NCBI RefSeq assembly: GCF_006345805.1
Contig: NC_043014.1
Location: forward strand, 31,930,001 to 31,994,000
DNA length: 64,000 nucleotides
Source of the DNA: Octopus sinensis
Lineage: Eukaryota
Direction: 5' to 3'
The notes under the pieces are model-generated. The model was not told the origin of the DNA. It saw nothing but the letters and a program-made list of their open reading frames with translations, and did no database searches. This document shows, in pieces, positions 35,484 through 47,984 of the stretch; positions within the stretch are counted from its first letter, which is position 1; the number at the start of each line of letters is the position of its first letter. The translations under genes were made by a program, and so were the position numbers.

Positions 35484-36281
35484 AAGGTGCATTCCGGAAG
35501 TTTTGAGACTTTTTCAAGAGAGACATTCATTCGTCTCATAGGAGCACAATGGTCTAATATGCTTCAAAGTAGAATCCTCTGACTTAATACACTTCTTGTA
35601 TTGCTCCACCCACTTCATGAAGGCCCCCAAGGAAGTCCTCTGAAGTGAAAATGTCCAGGACCCTTGCCACAATCTCTTTATTTTCTCCTTCAACATGCCC
35701 ATCTCTGTCAAATAGTTGCTTACCAGGATGGAATTATGAGCTGGTGCATTGCCCTGGTGCAGGTACTCTGGCCTTTTGGAATGAAATCTTTTCCCTGAAC
35801 TCTCCTGAAGCCTGCACAAAGTACTCTTTCTTGACCATCTGGCTAGAGTTAACCCAGTGGATATAGATGATGCCCTTGTGGTCAAAAAAGGGGATTGCTA
35901 TGAGCTTCCCAATGGCTTGCTTTGCCTGGCCTCTTGTGCCAGTGGAGAACAGATACTCAGCTCATATAAGTTAATCCATAAGCCGTTTGGAGCATTCATA
36001 AGTTTTTGTTGCATTTTTGCCCAGTTTAACACAAAATTTTATTGCATAGCAAGCTTCCAAAATGTCTTCACATCCTGACTGCTTTCTGCAAGGTAGTCAG
36101 CTGTGACAAGCAGCATTTAGTAGGCTATGTTCGAAGTGCTGTTACAGTCATCTCTTTCAATCTAGAATAAGAAAATTTCGCAGGTCAGCTTATTATGATA
36201 TAATGAAATTGCAATGATGTAGGACAGTTAAAATCAGTCTCTCCTAAAAAAAGTCTCAAAACCTCTGAAATGTAATTTGTA
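35484..36281 (-). mobile_element. Internally deleted mariner transposon
   Basis: TIR-like TGCATTCCGGAAGTTTTGAGACTTTTT vs TACATTTCAGAGGTTTTGAGACTTTTT; transposase relics: N-terminal HTH, FFDHKGIIYIHW, LHQGNAPAHNS (DNA.PH motif) and ..KCI.. C-terminus. Confidence 0.85.
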
Positions 36282-36484
36282 CATCATGAAATAGTTCATG
36301 TAATACAGCTGTCATCATTGCTCTGGTTACATTATGTTCTTGAAAATCTTGCTGTAATTTAGAATTCCATTATGTGAAGCCTATTTTCCTAATAATTTCC
36401 ATGTCTTGGAATTCCATGTAATAACAAGATTTTCAAGAATGCAACATTTGTGTAATTCTGAGGATTTCTGAATATACACCCATT

Positions 36485-37520
36485 TATCATTTGCTCGTCC
36501 TTCTGTCCCTGGGAGGGTTGTTGGGGTAGATTCTATAGGGTCCTATCAGAAGCAATCATCAATAGATTCTCCAACTGGGACACCAAACATGACCAACTGA
36601 GTCTAATTATAGTAACCAGTCATTGTTCTTGATCTACCCCTAGATCTCCTGCTAGTTGACTTGGCTTGAAGAATCGACTTTGTGATTCTCTCCTTGTGAC
36701 ATTCTGATCACATGACTGTAGCACTGGAACTACGCCCTCTCAATGTGGAGAAGTGACACCTTGATCTGAAGTGCCTCCCTGCACACTCTGTCAAGTATGT
36801 ATGTTCATGTGTGTAGGTGTATGTATATACTCCAGAGATCCTTTAGAGGAACCCCATTTTGACAGCTTCTATTCACAGTTGTACCCTTTTAGTTATTACC
36901 CAACTATCAAGACCATAAGTAAGGATTAGCATGAAAACCGAATTGAAGATAGCAAGTTTGACTTTTTAATCAGCTTCTCTTCTGAGGATTGAATGTTGGA
37001 GCTGGCACCTGTATTTCTAGCATCAAATTCAGCCACCTTTCTTTAATCCCTTGTGAAAATGGCCCCAAAAATACTTACACTTTTCCACCTGTCTCAGTGA
37101 TGTTCTTACTAAGATGCAGATCGCACTGGAAAGACTTTCTTAAGAGGACCAATGTCTCAATCTTCGCAGTACTAATTTGCATCCCTGTTTTGCAGCACTC
37201 AACAACAAACCCTTCAAGTCTATATTTGAGATCACCTTCTGATGAACCAAGTAGCACCATGTCATCTGCAAATATCAGCCTAGTAATCCTTCATCCTTCA
37301 TCTGTGATACCACTTCTTCGATGGCTGCATATGTCAATCCAGTTCATAAAAATTATGGAAAAGAAGTGACAATACACTTATCTTCCAAAATCCAACATCC
37401 ACGGGGAAAGGTTTCAACATAGGGTTCCTATATAGCAACCATGTCAGTATCCTGCAGATACTTGATAACAGCACCATGCCTATGAATTACTTTTGAAGTC
37501 TTTTTTAAAGAGTCAGATGT
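36485..37520 (-). mobile_element. Degraded Expander/Rex3-like RTE LINE
   Basis: IFMNWID..RLIFADDMVLLGSSEGDL..ECCKTGMQISTAK (RT motif FADD), then LILTYGLDSWVIT and LLHIER. Confidence 0.8.
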
Positions 37521-38675
37521 TAGTTTATCTGGGAAGAAACAATGCAGTTATTAACAAGAAGTGCTGAAATTAATGCACACAAGATTCCACAGCTCCAGTA
37601 TCATATTCCTTCATAGTCAGTCTGTGAACGTTTTAGCCCAGCCTTGTATGATACACATTAGTTTGGTGTTGGGTATCAAGGCAATTTACCTGTTGAGTGT
37701 CAAGCTTTGCATATTTCTCCACACATTACACTGAGGGTTTACCTAGTGTTGCTGTGCCTTGCACTTCCAAGTAGTTATGAGGGATTCCTGAATGCCTTAC
37801 AGATTGAAGGTTGTGCAGTTTACAACCTAACTCCTTGGAATTCCACTCTGCTCTTAGACACTTTCCGATATCTCAATGTTGCCAGAATGGTTTTTGGAGA
37901 AAGAGATACACAGTCTGGTGAAGTCTGAGAACTGGCAAATGTATTGTGTAGTGACGACAAAGCTACAAGTCAACAGCTATTTATAATGTTAATTTTATTT
38001 GCTAGTTTATTGTCTTGTTTCAGTCATTTTGCTGTCAAACACACATAACTGGGTAGTTATGGGGAATAAGCTCTGATGTGTTTATTAGCCATAATGTAAA
38101 CATGGTGTGTAAGATAATGATAGGGTAGTTCAGTTGATCAAACAACTAGCATATACATTGTCAAAACTGATGGGGGTTCATTAACTTTTTACTTTTACTA
38201 CATGCACATATATAAACACACACACATACTCGCACATATAAATATGTATATGAGTATATATTATATATATACATATATTATATATATGTATACATTTATA
38301 TATATCAATATATTATATATATATACATGTTATGTGTGTGTGTACATGTGTGTGTGCATGTGTGTGTGTGTACACATACATACATATATGTCACTTAGAC
38401 ATTACAACCTGGTGTAGAATTCAATATACATCTGTTTCTGAACAAAGCATTAGTCAAAGACAGAGTAGTAATAAGAAAAAGAGATGACAAAACAATAAAT
38501 CATTATCTTATGGAGTTCGTTAGCTTACAGTTGTTTCCACAATAAGATGTGGTGGACTTACAGTTGAGTGCCTGAGTAACACCTTACAGCTTCATCAGAG
38601 CCTCAATATGCTAATGAAGTTCTTAAGATAATTGTTTATTCCTTAGTCATCTCTTTTCCCTTATATACATACATA

Positions 38676-38748
<73 letters not shown>

Positions 38749-38761
38749 ATTTTTTTGATGG

Positions 38762-38825
38762 CCAGATTACTGAAGAGATGGCGGTGTGGGTTTCCGTCCC
38801 GACATCTGAAACTCGGAGTATTATC
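38762..38825 (+). ncRNA. Degenerate hammerhead-like motif
   Basis: CTGAAGA-GATG..CATC-T-GAA-ACTC-G-GAGT-A; same stem III type as 21621-21660, but stem I is disrupted. Confidence 0.4.
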
Positions 38826-39824
38826 ATGGCTACCGAATAATTGTCACATATTATATTTACAGATAAATTCCTCTATTTACATAATATCGCAGTCTCTTTC
38901 ATTCTTTTGTTGTCTTACCATTTCTATCAATATATATATGCATATACACATACATACACAGACAAAGAGACATATATATAATTAAGCTTATATTATCTAG
39001 TTTGACAGTATATATTTGTGCATGCGTGCATGTGTGTGTTTGTGTGCACATGTGTGCATATATTAACCGTTTCCAAATGTGTGTAAACAGTTCTTTGATT
39101 CAACATCGTACTGCATACTACTGAATGTATCTATAAACTTTATGTTTTTTTGCAAACTCTGTTATGTACAGGTAGATGTAGACATCTTTATCTTTATACA
39201 CAATATCTCAATATCTTGCATGAAGAGAAAAAGTGAGCTCTGTCAGATTAATTTCAATCATATCTTGAGATTTCATCAGTTACTGTGAATCCTATTTAGA
39301 TGTCCACAGTTACTACTTAAACACTAATTCTACTTCTAAACCCACTATTACAAAGGACTTAATTAAATTGGATTGATCAGGTTTGTATACATAACACATT
39401 CTTGAAAGCTCATTCAATTAATGGCTTAAAGATGCATTAATAGTGTTATGTTTAAATATTATGCTGTTCTATGTAATATATCTATAGATTTCTTTTTTGC
39501 TAATACTGTATGTATTAAGCAGATGTAAGCATATAGTGTCTTTCTATATAATAACTTCAGTGACTAAAAAAACCCAACTGAATGTAGTCTGACTGATTCT
39601 CATACAACACCTTTTTATTTTTGTTTATGATGAAATTGTATTTCGTGATGAAATGTGTGTGTTATGTATGTGTCTATGTATATGTATATATACTCTTATA
39701 TTAAATGGTCCAAAATAGTGATGAGATTCACCATTCCCATGTAGTACATTTGAACAATTGTAAAGATCTTTTGTTACATGAAACCACTGGTAGCCTTGTT
39801 AACCCACAAATAAAGTATATATAC

Positions 39825-40110
39825 TTTCCTTTCGAGCGTTGGGCTTCACTTAGGCAAAGTGGCTGAGTTCCTTTTGAGCGTTGGGCTTTATGGAGGCAAA
39901 GTGGCTGAGATCCTTTTGAGTGTTGGGCCTCAGGGAGGCAAAGTGACTAAGTTTCTTTGTTGGGCCCCACAGCAGCAATGACCAAGACCTTTGGCATTAT
40001 GCTGTGCTTGAGAAGAAGACCCATCAGGCTGAGCAAAATCACAGTCATGGCACATAAAAACACCCTAGAGTCATGCAAATGGCACCAGTGCTGGTGGCAC
40101 ATAAAAGCAC
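39825..40110 (+). mobile_element. RTE 3' end with 3-4 tandem ~44-bp copies at its 5' junction
   Basis: Repeated CTTT.GAG.GTTGGGC..GGCAAAGTG.CT.AG units, then GACCTTTGGCATTATGCTGTGCTTGAGAAG (DLWHYAVLEK). Confidence 0.8.
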
Positions 40111-40286
40111 TCTGACTGTTGTTGTTTGACAGTCATCATTTGTAGCGATCATTGTTTTTGTCTTTTCCTCACTGATTCTCAAGCTAATCTTTTTCTCCAT
40201 TTTGTGCGAGTTCTAATGTAAGATGTATCTTTAGTAATCAAAACAATGTCATCTCCAAAGTTTAAGTCTTTCAGCCTAGTCTGTAG

Positions 40287-40678
40287 TTACTTCCGCCAAG
40301 GAAGGAGGTAATGTTTTCATCAGCGTTGGTTTGTCCGTCTGTGTGCAAAATAACTCAAAAAGTTGTAAACAGTATTTAATGAAACTTACAGAAAAAGTTG
40401 GTAATGACACAAGGAACTGATGATTAAATTTTGGTAGTGATCCAGGAATTTTTATGGATTCTTGAAGGATTTTTCATTTTTCATTTGCATGAAGTATTAC
40501 AATGTTAGGATCTTTGATTATCTTCCTTGATAACATGTTAATCATTTCCACGTAACCTATGGTGGTGTTGCTGTTTCCAAAGTTTATTTTCGTTTCTCTA
40601 TTAGTAATTTTATTTGCGTATCTATCTTAAAATGAGCTGCTTGGCGGAGGTCTGCGCTCTCCGAGTGCTTTTCTAGTT
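40287..40678 (+). mobile_element. Complete Helentron/DINE-1-like (HINE) element
   Basis: 5' TTACTTCCGCCAAG, short GTCCGTCTG tract, 3' subTIR CTTGGCGGAGGT, hairpin GCGCTC-TCC-GAGTGC, terminal TTTTCTAGTT. Confidence 0.8.
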
Positions 40679-40679
40679 T

Positions 40680-41135
40680 TCATGGTATTCCTTCATCTGC
40701 CTTGTCTCTCTCCAGTAACGATATTGAAGATGCCTGTTTTTCCTGTTTCCATTTGACCAAAGCATTGCAAAATTGAGTAAAATTCTTTAAAGATATTGAC
40801 AAAGCATGATGATATCATAGTGCAAGGCTTAAAAGCAAAAAATAAGTATTGGGTAAAAATTCTCCAAGTCCCAACATGACTGCAGTCTAACGACTGAATG
40901 AAGTATAAGATAAAATATAAATTATTGCTTTTGCCATCTTTGCAGTTTTCTTATTCCAGTCCATCTCATCTCACCGATTCCCATGATGTCAAGTTGGACT
41001 CCTTGAATTCTCTCATAAATAGACTTTATGATTGGATTTCTTATGCTGCTTCGGTATCTGTCCCTGTTTTATTAAGTTGTATTACTGGTCCAACAACTTA
41101 CCTTCTTCCTTTTTTCCTGGGATTAAGATCAGCAT
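40680..41135 (-). mobile_element. RTE LINE relic with endonuclease N-terminus close to RT sequence
   Basis: LDIMGIGEMRWTG (APE endonuclease motif), then within about 150 nt a frameshifted IFKEFYS followed by TGIFNIVTGERQG (RT region preceding the QG motif). Confidence 0.7.
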
Positions 41136-41396
41136 GCAAGGATGCACATGCCAAAGTGGAGTTAAATATATGTACCATATTATATTGTATTATGTTATAT
41201 ACATATATATTGTATGCAATATATTCATATACATAAGCGTGAGAGTGGCTGTGTTGTAAGAAGTTTACATATGGTTCTGGGTTCAGTCCCACTGCATGGC
41301 ACCTTGTGCAAGTGTCTTCTACTAAAGTGTTCTGCTAACCATAGACTTGTGAATGGATTTGGTAGACAGAAACTGAAAGAAGCTTGTCATATATTC

Positions 41397-41427
<31 letters not shown>

Positions 41428-41435
41428 CTAAAGGG

Positions 41436-41506
41436 AAGTAATGAGAGAGAGTCCACATATATATCTAGCGTTAGAGTGACCACATGTGGACTCTCTTTCA
41501 TTACTT
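41436..41506. other. 23-bp stem hairpin, 25-nt loop
   Basis: AAGTAATGAGAGAGAGTCCACAT vs reverse complement of 41484-41506; 22/23 identical (one G-U on +). Confidence 0.9.
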
Positions 41507-41532
41507 GTATATTTATATATATATATATGTGT

Positions 41533-41933
41533 TGGAGTGTTTGTGTGGTAAGTAGATTGCTTACGAACCACATGGTTCCGGGTTCAGTCCCACTACGTGG
41601 CACCTTGGGCAAGTGTCTTCTGCTATAGCCTCGGGCTGACCAAAGCATTGTGTGTGGATTTGGCAGATGGAAACTGAATGAAGCCCATCGTATATATATA
41701 TATATATATATATATATGCATATGTGTGTATATGTTTGTGTGTCTGTATTTGTCTTCCCAACATTGTTTGACAACCGATGTGGGTGTGTTTAGGTCCCCG
41801 TCACTTAGCGATTTGGCAAAAGAGACTGATAGAATAAGTACTAGGCTTACAAAGAATAAGTCCTGGGGTCGATTTTCTTGACTAAAGGCAGTGCTCCTCC
41901 ATGGACAGTCAGATGACTGAAACAAGTAAGAGA
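41533..41933 (+). mobile_element. Full-length SINE family A (partial copies at 41243-41390 and 42150-42362)
   Basis: Head, internal TA tract and tail present. Confidence 0.9.
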
Positions 41934-42364
41934 ATATAGTTAAAAAAGTCAGAAAAGGCATAGAAGTATATTTTAGAGAATGTTAAATATTTTTGTTTCT
42001 GTGAGTGATTTCAAATATAATTGGTTTCAATGTATCCGTCTTATCAAATATTAGAAAGAAGTTTTTGGAAGTCAGAGAGAATGAAAAAATTCCTTGAGGT
42101 CTAACATGCATGCATGTGTGCGTGTGTGTGTATGTGAGCATGTGCATGTGTATGTATGTGTGTGTGTGTGTGTTTGTCCCTCCTTTGCCAATTCTTGACA
42201 ACTGGTGTCAGTGTGTTTACATCCCAGTAACTTAGCAATTTGGCAAAAGGGATCTGATAGAATAAGTACCAGGTTTAAAAAGTTATAAGTACTGGAGTTG
42301 ATTCTGAAAGGCAGTGTTCCAGCATGGCCACAGTCTAATGACTGAAACAAGTAAAAGATAAATG

Positions 42365-42398
<34 letters not shown>

Positions 42399-42493
42399 AT
42401 ATATAAAATTTAAGATTTAAAAGTTAGCACAAGGCATAAGGATGTAGAAACAGCATTGACTTGTTTAGAAATAGAAGTTAAATCCCTAATATT

Positions 42494-42676
42494 CAACTGC
42501 TGGAAGGCACCAAATAACAGAAAAAACAACAGTAGATGAGGAAACGGTCAAAGAATCAAGACAATAAAAAGCATATATTTAAAGAATTGAAGAGCATATT
42601 CTTTAAAAGTATACTTTTTTAATATCTTGATTCTTTGACTGTGGTTTTTCTGTTATTTGGTGCCTTCTGGTGGTTG
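42494..42676. repeat. Foldback with ~80-95-bp arms and ~10-nt loop
   Basis: CAAC..GAAGGCACCAAATAACAGAAAAA..AAGAATCAAGA..TTTAAAGAAT vs its reverse complement; the left arm has an extra AGATGAGGAAACG segment. Confidence 0.85.
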
Positions 42677-42737
<61 letters not shown>

Positions 42738-43013
42738 GAATGTGTTAAACATACACACACATGATATAATGATGGGTGCTGGAGTAGAAACAAACCCCAA
42801 CATTCGCAACATGTAGAATATTTTTGTAGTGGACTTGTTTTTCTACTTGCGTTTATAGTTTTGTTGTTGATGTTCAGTTTTTGCATTTCTGTGACATGGC
42901 AAGATAATACACTGTTAATGGACTTACCTAGAGCAAACACCCTTATATGTACGACCATGGTATCACATGTTTGCTGTATTAGGAAAGCTTTGAGATCTGT
43001 CTAGAAAGGGTAC

Positions 43014-43055
<42 letters not shown>

Positions 43056-43553
43056 AACAGGTCCATACATATGGACATGTGCATGCATGCATATACACAG
43101 ATCCTCAGACATAGACACAAATACACACAAAGACTCACACAGACCTATGCAAATGTCCACAAACACAGTAGAGTTTGCTGGGAATATCTTGACCTATTCA
43201 TTAGATGCAACAGATTGTGCTGTTGCACAAATAGCTGCACAGATAGATGAATTGAGTCAATTAAGTTGTGTTTGACTGTGAGAAATACTTCTTAGTAATG
43301 TGAGTTCTGTCTGTTTGCTCTCTTTTAAGTTCAGGTCCCTTCTACAATCTAAGGTTTCGTTTTTTTTAATCACTCTTGTTAAATGGATGTAAGGCATCCA
43401 TATTTATTTACACTGATCAACATTACACATACACACACATACACATGCACACACACATACTACACACATGCACACACACATACTACACACACACACACAC
43501 ACATACACATAAAGGATTTCATTGTCTTCTTATTTGGATTGTGTATATATATA

Positions 43554-43591
<38 letters not shown>

Positions 43592-43599
43592 TGTGTGTG

Positions 43600-43900
43600 G
43601 AGGCGCAATGGCCCAGTGGTTAGGGTAGCGGACTTGTGGTCGGAGGATTGCGGTTTCAATTCCCAGACCGGCCGTTGTGTGTGTTTATTGAGAGAAAACA
43701 CCTAAATAGCTCCACGAGGCTCTGGCAGGGGGTGGTGGCAACCCCTGTTGTACTCTTTCACCCCAACTTTCTCTCACTCTTTCTTCCTGTTTCTTGGGTA
43801 ATGCTGCAATGGACTGGCATCCCATCCAGCTGGGGGGAATACATATACCACAGAAACCAGGAAACTGGGCCCATGAGCCTGACTAGGTTTGAAAAGGGTT
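43600..43900 (+). mobile_element. SINE family B (second tail type)
   Basis: GGCGCAATGGCCCAGTGG A-box, GGTTTCAATTCCC B-box, tail shared with 12112-12352. Confidence 0.85.
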
Positions 43901-44082
43901 CATAAATAATAAATATATTAAAAAGGGCAAGGCCTGTTTAATATATACTGCTTTGCATCTTAAAGTGTCCTTCATCTTTCTGATTTGTTTTTTACAAATG
44001 ATATATATATATAAATACATGTATCTGTGTGTAAACATGTGTATGTGTCTGTTTGTATTTATGTGTGTTCATCTATGTATGC

Positions 44083-44113
<31 letters not shown>

Positions 44114-44129
44114 CATATATATCCATTTA

Positions 44130-44490
44130 TTCTTTTACTTGTTTCAGTCATTTGACTGCAGCCATGCTGGAGCACCACCTTTAGTTGAAGAAATCGACTC
44201 CAGGACTTATTCTTTGTAAGCCAAGTACTTATTTTATCAGTCGCTTTTGCTGAACCGCTAAGATACAGGGACATAAACACATGAACATTGGGTGTTGAGT
44301 GATGGTGGGGAGGGGGACAAACATAGACGCACAAACACACACACACACATATATATATATACACACATGCGACAGGCTTCTTTCAGTTTCTGTCTACCAA
44401 ATCCACTCATAAGGCTTTGGTCGGCCTGAGGCTATAGTAAAACGCACTTGCCCAAAGTGCCACGCAGTGGGACTGAACCTGGAACCATGT
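44130..44490 (-). mobile_element. SINE family A
   Basis: Reverse complement of tail, body and B-box. Confidence 0.88.
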
Positions 44491-44589
44491 TATGATCATT
44501 TCATCTTCATTCAGGAACCTCATCTCTGAGACTACATATCTCATGTGTCCTTACCTTTTCTTTAGGCAGGAAGCTGAGATTTGGCAAAG

Positions 44590-44908
44590 CACATGGCTCA
44601 GTGGTTAGGACATTCGGCTCACAGTTGAAAGATTGTCTGTTCAATTCTCAGCAGTGCATTGTGTCCTTGAGCAAGACACTTTATTTCACATTGCTCCAGT
44701 CCACTCAGCTGACAAAAACGAGTTGTACCTATCATTCAAAGGCCCAGCTTTGTCACATTCTGTGTCACACGGAATCTCCCTGAGAATTATGTTAAGGGTA
44801 CATGTATCATTGGAATACTCAGTCACTTGCATGTTAACTTCATGAGCAGGCTATTCCATTCATCAGATCAACTGGAACACTCATTGTCATTACTGAAAGA
44901 GTGCCAGT
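44590..44908 (+). mobile_element. SINE family B (third tail type)
   Basis: TGGCTCAGTGG A-box, CORE-like block, distinct tail ending GATCAGATCAACTGGAAC..GAGTGCCA. Confidence 0.8.
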
Positions 44909-45399
44909 TAGGCTGAGATCTGAAACTGATTCGGGTGCTATTTCTCGCAGATAAACCATATAGAGGCTGGTTCATAATTATTTAGATCCTGGTTAGCTAT
45001 GATCAAGCAGACCTATGATCAAAGGCATTTCAGTTGCAACCATTTTGTCTTTTTATATCCCTGGCATTGTATTACACACAGAAAATCTATCATTGCTTAG
45101 TTTTGTTGTTGTTGTTGCTGGCAGTAGTGATGAGGGTGTTGTTGGTGGTGGTGGTGGTAATGGTTGTCATCATGGTGTTATGACCAAAATCCCAAAATAC
45201 TGCCTGAAGAAATACTAGCCAGAAAACAATCTCGGTTAAGACACGATGCCACAGAAAAACAGAAGGAATAACAGAAAGAACAGAAAAGAAAGAGATTAAT
45301 GTATAGCAAAATAAAAATAAAAGAAAATAGAAATAAAACTAGAATAAAGAAAATAAATAAACAAATAAATATATAAACAGTTGTAATAAACAAATAGTA

Positions 45400-45578
45400 A
45401 AATAATAATAATAATAATAATAACAATACCAATAATAATAATAATAATAATAATAATCATAATAATAATAATAATGATAACAGCAACAATAATAAAAATA
45501 ATAATAATAACAATAACAATAACAATAATAATAATAATAATGATGATGATGATGATAATAATAATAATAATAATATAA

Positions 45579-45612
<34 letters not shown>

Positions 45613-45679
45613 GATAACAGCAACAATAATAAAAATAATCATAATAACAATAGCAATAATAATAATGATGATGATGATG

Positions 45680-45718
<39 letters not shown>

Positions 45719-45793
45719 GTTATAATAATAATAATAATAATAATAACAGCAACAATAATAAAAATAATCATAATAACAATAATAAGAAGAAGA

Positions 45794-45836
<43 letters not shown>

Positions 45837-45890
45837 CGACGATGATGATGATGATGATGATGATGATAATAATAATAATAATAATAATAA
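45400..45890. repeat. (AAT)n/(GAT)n array with thrice-repeated variant block AACAGCAACAATAATAAAAATAAT
   Basis: Seen directly. Confidence 0.95.
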
Positions 45891-46108
45891 TTCATGTGGA
45901 CATTTCAAATGTAACTTGCAACTGTCAGAAAAATTTCCATGATGATGATGAATGATGAAATAATTGACTTTGGTATATAACCAATAATGGTAATAGTTAA
46001 ACTATGTGGCAGAGAAGATGTAGATGTTTCTGGATTTCTTTTGTATCTTCCTACTTATAAATTATTACACTACTGCTTTTTCTCCCTCTTTTATTCTCTC
46101 TCTCTCTC

Positions 46109-46155
<47 letters not shown>

Positions 46156-46180
46156 GTGTATATGTATATATATTTCTATA

Positions 46181-46212
<32 letters not shown>

Positions 46213-46597
46213 CACATACACACACACATATAGACACACACACACAGACACATATACACACACACATACATTTATATATCCATCTGTTTCTCATCCTTTC
46301 TGGTTATCTTTCTAATCTTGTTAAGAATCCAAATTGTGTCCACTCCACCTTTTCCCCATTTGCCAGGGAGATCAGAACCAGATTAACCAATCAATAGTTT
46401 CTTTTGCAAGAAGCAGGGACTGAATCAAGGGAAATATAGCTGCTATTTCTAGTAGGTCGACTAAACCACTGCATTGTGGCCCCACCATTGTTCCAGTTAT
46501 ATATATATATATATAAAATAAAATATTAGGGAATAAATCCAAACTTACAGGGAAAAATCAGATTTGGGATTGAATCCAATTTTATAGTAAAATATTA

Positions 46598-46743
46598 TAT
46601 TATATTAAATTAGAGATAAAACTACTATTAGGCAAATCAAACAATGAAAAACTTAAACCAAATTAATTAATTTTATGTATTGGCTTAAATTTTTCATTGT
46701 TTGATTTGCCTAATAGTGGTTTTATCTCTAATTTAATATAATA
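46598..46743. repeat. Foldback with 64-bp arms and 18-nt loop, within a (TA)n-flanked cassette
   Basis: 46598-46661 vs reverse complement of 46680-46743; 61/64 identical, all mismatches are transitions. Confidence 0.92.
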
Positions 46744-46759
46744 TATATATATATAATCT

Positions 46760-47312
46760 GCACATTTTCTGATTTTTATTCAAATTGTATGGTACCCATT
46801 TGTAGAGATTTTTTGATTTTTCCGATCACATGCAAATGGTGGCAGGCTGCATTTTGGCTAACTTGAAGTTCTTTTGCCAGTTCTCAAGTGGCTTTATGTG
46901 GATCTTTCTTAACGATGGTCTTTAATTGACACTCTTCACTAACAGATGGGCATCCACTATACTCATGATCTTCAAGGCTCAGGTCTCCACAGTAAAATCC
47001 TTTAAACTATTTTCGAGCCGACCACTCAATAGTCATTTCCTCACCATATGTTTCATTGATATTGTGAGGAGTTTCAGCTGCTTTGCATCCTTTTTTGAAG
47101 TTGAATAGCAAAATTGCTCGAATATTGAGCTTTGACAGTTCGATTTCAGATGATTGTAACAATGGTGAAAAAATATCAATGTTAATTTATTGATGCATTT
47201 GGGTAAGTCTATGTCTGTATTATCAGACAATTGCAAAAAAAAAAAAATGTTTACAAAAAATTCAAAACTCTGCAAAATTCCGGTACAAATTCTTCATGGT
47301 TTAAAACGTTAC
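46760..47312 (-). mobile_element. Mariner 5' half (Hsmar1/cecropia-like transposase N-terminus)
   Basis: Frameshifted translation: IRAILLFNF, then AAETPHNINETYGE..F..GDLSLEDHEYSGCPS..ELAKELQVS..HL..IGK..KWVPYNL (WVPHEL motif). Confidence 0.85.
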
Positions 47313-47898
47313 CTACTTTTTACTCAACCCGAAAGAAGACACTTCAGTGGGACTGATCTAAAAACCACACAGTTGGAAAGTGAGCACTTCTTAATCATGC
47401 AACCATGTCTGTCTTATTTCCAAATCTGTTCTATATCATTCTGTTTGTGTATACACAAATCAAAGAAGAAGAAGAAAAAGAAGAAGGACATGAACAAATA
47501 AACAATATGAGAAACAAACATGTTTTCATGTTTTTGTTATTTTTTCTTTGACTCTATTTATACGTTGATTTTGTTTTTGATTTTTTTTCTTTCTGGATCC
47601 TTTCTTATCTTTGTGTTTGGTTTGTCCTCTTCTGCCAAATTTGATGGATATACTGTTGGTTAACAAATATCTTTAATGGGTGAGTGATGGATGTCTTTTT
47701 CTATGTGACTATGCATGCATGTGTGTGCTGTGTGTAATGTGTGTGTGTGTAACTGATGGTTGCTAGTTTGTTTTATGTGATTGCTTCTAGTTATGCAATA
47801 TGGTAATACAGAACAAAGATGGAAAGAAATACTTGTGTTTATAAATTAGGAATGATGATAATAATAACAATGAGGATGACCATAAAATAATAATGATG

Positions 47899-47968
<70 letters not shown>

Positions 47969-47984
47969 TGATAATGTTAATAAA

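Noticed and set aside
38515-38600. Hammerhead on the minus strand (CCAC..GTGGAAACAACTGTAAGC)
   Set aside because: CUGAUGA is not adjacent to stem II; too decayed to call.
40716-41070. Two strong + strand acceptors and a 112-aa ORF (40898-41236) as host exons
   Set aside because: The minus strand encodes RTE endonuclease (LDIMGIGEMRWTG) and RT (TGERQG) motifs, so these are antisense LINE sequence.
43204-43275. ATDCAVAQIAAQIDELSQLSCV* as an exon
   Set aside because: No good in-frame donor before the stop; no homology recognised.
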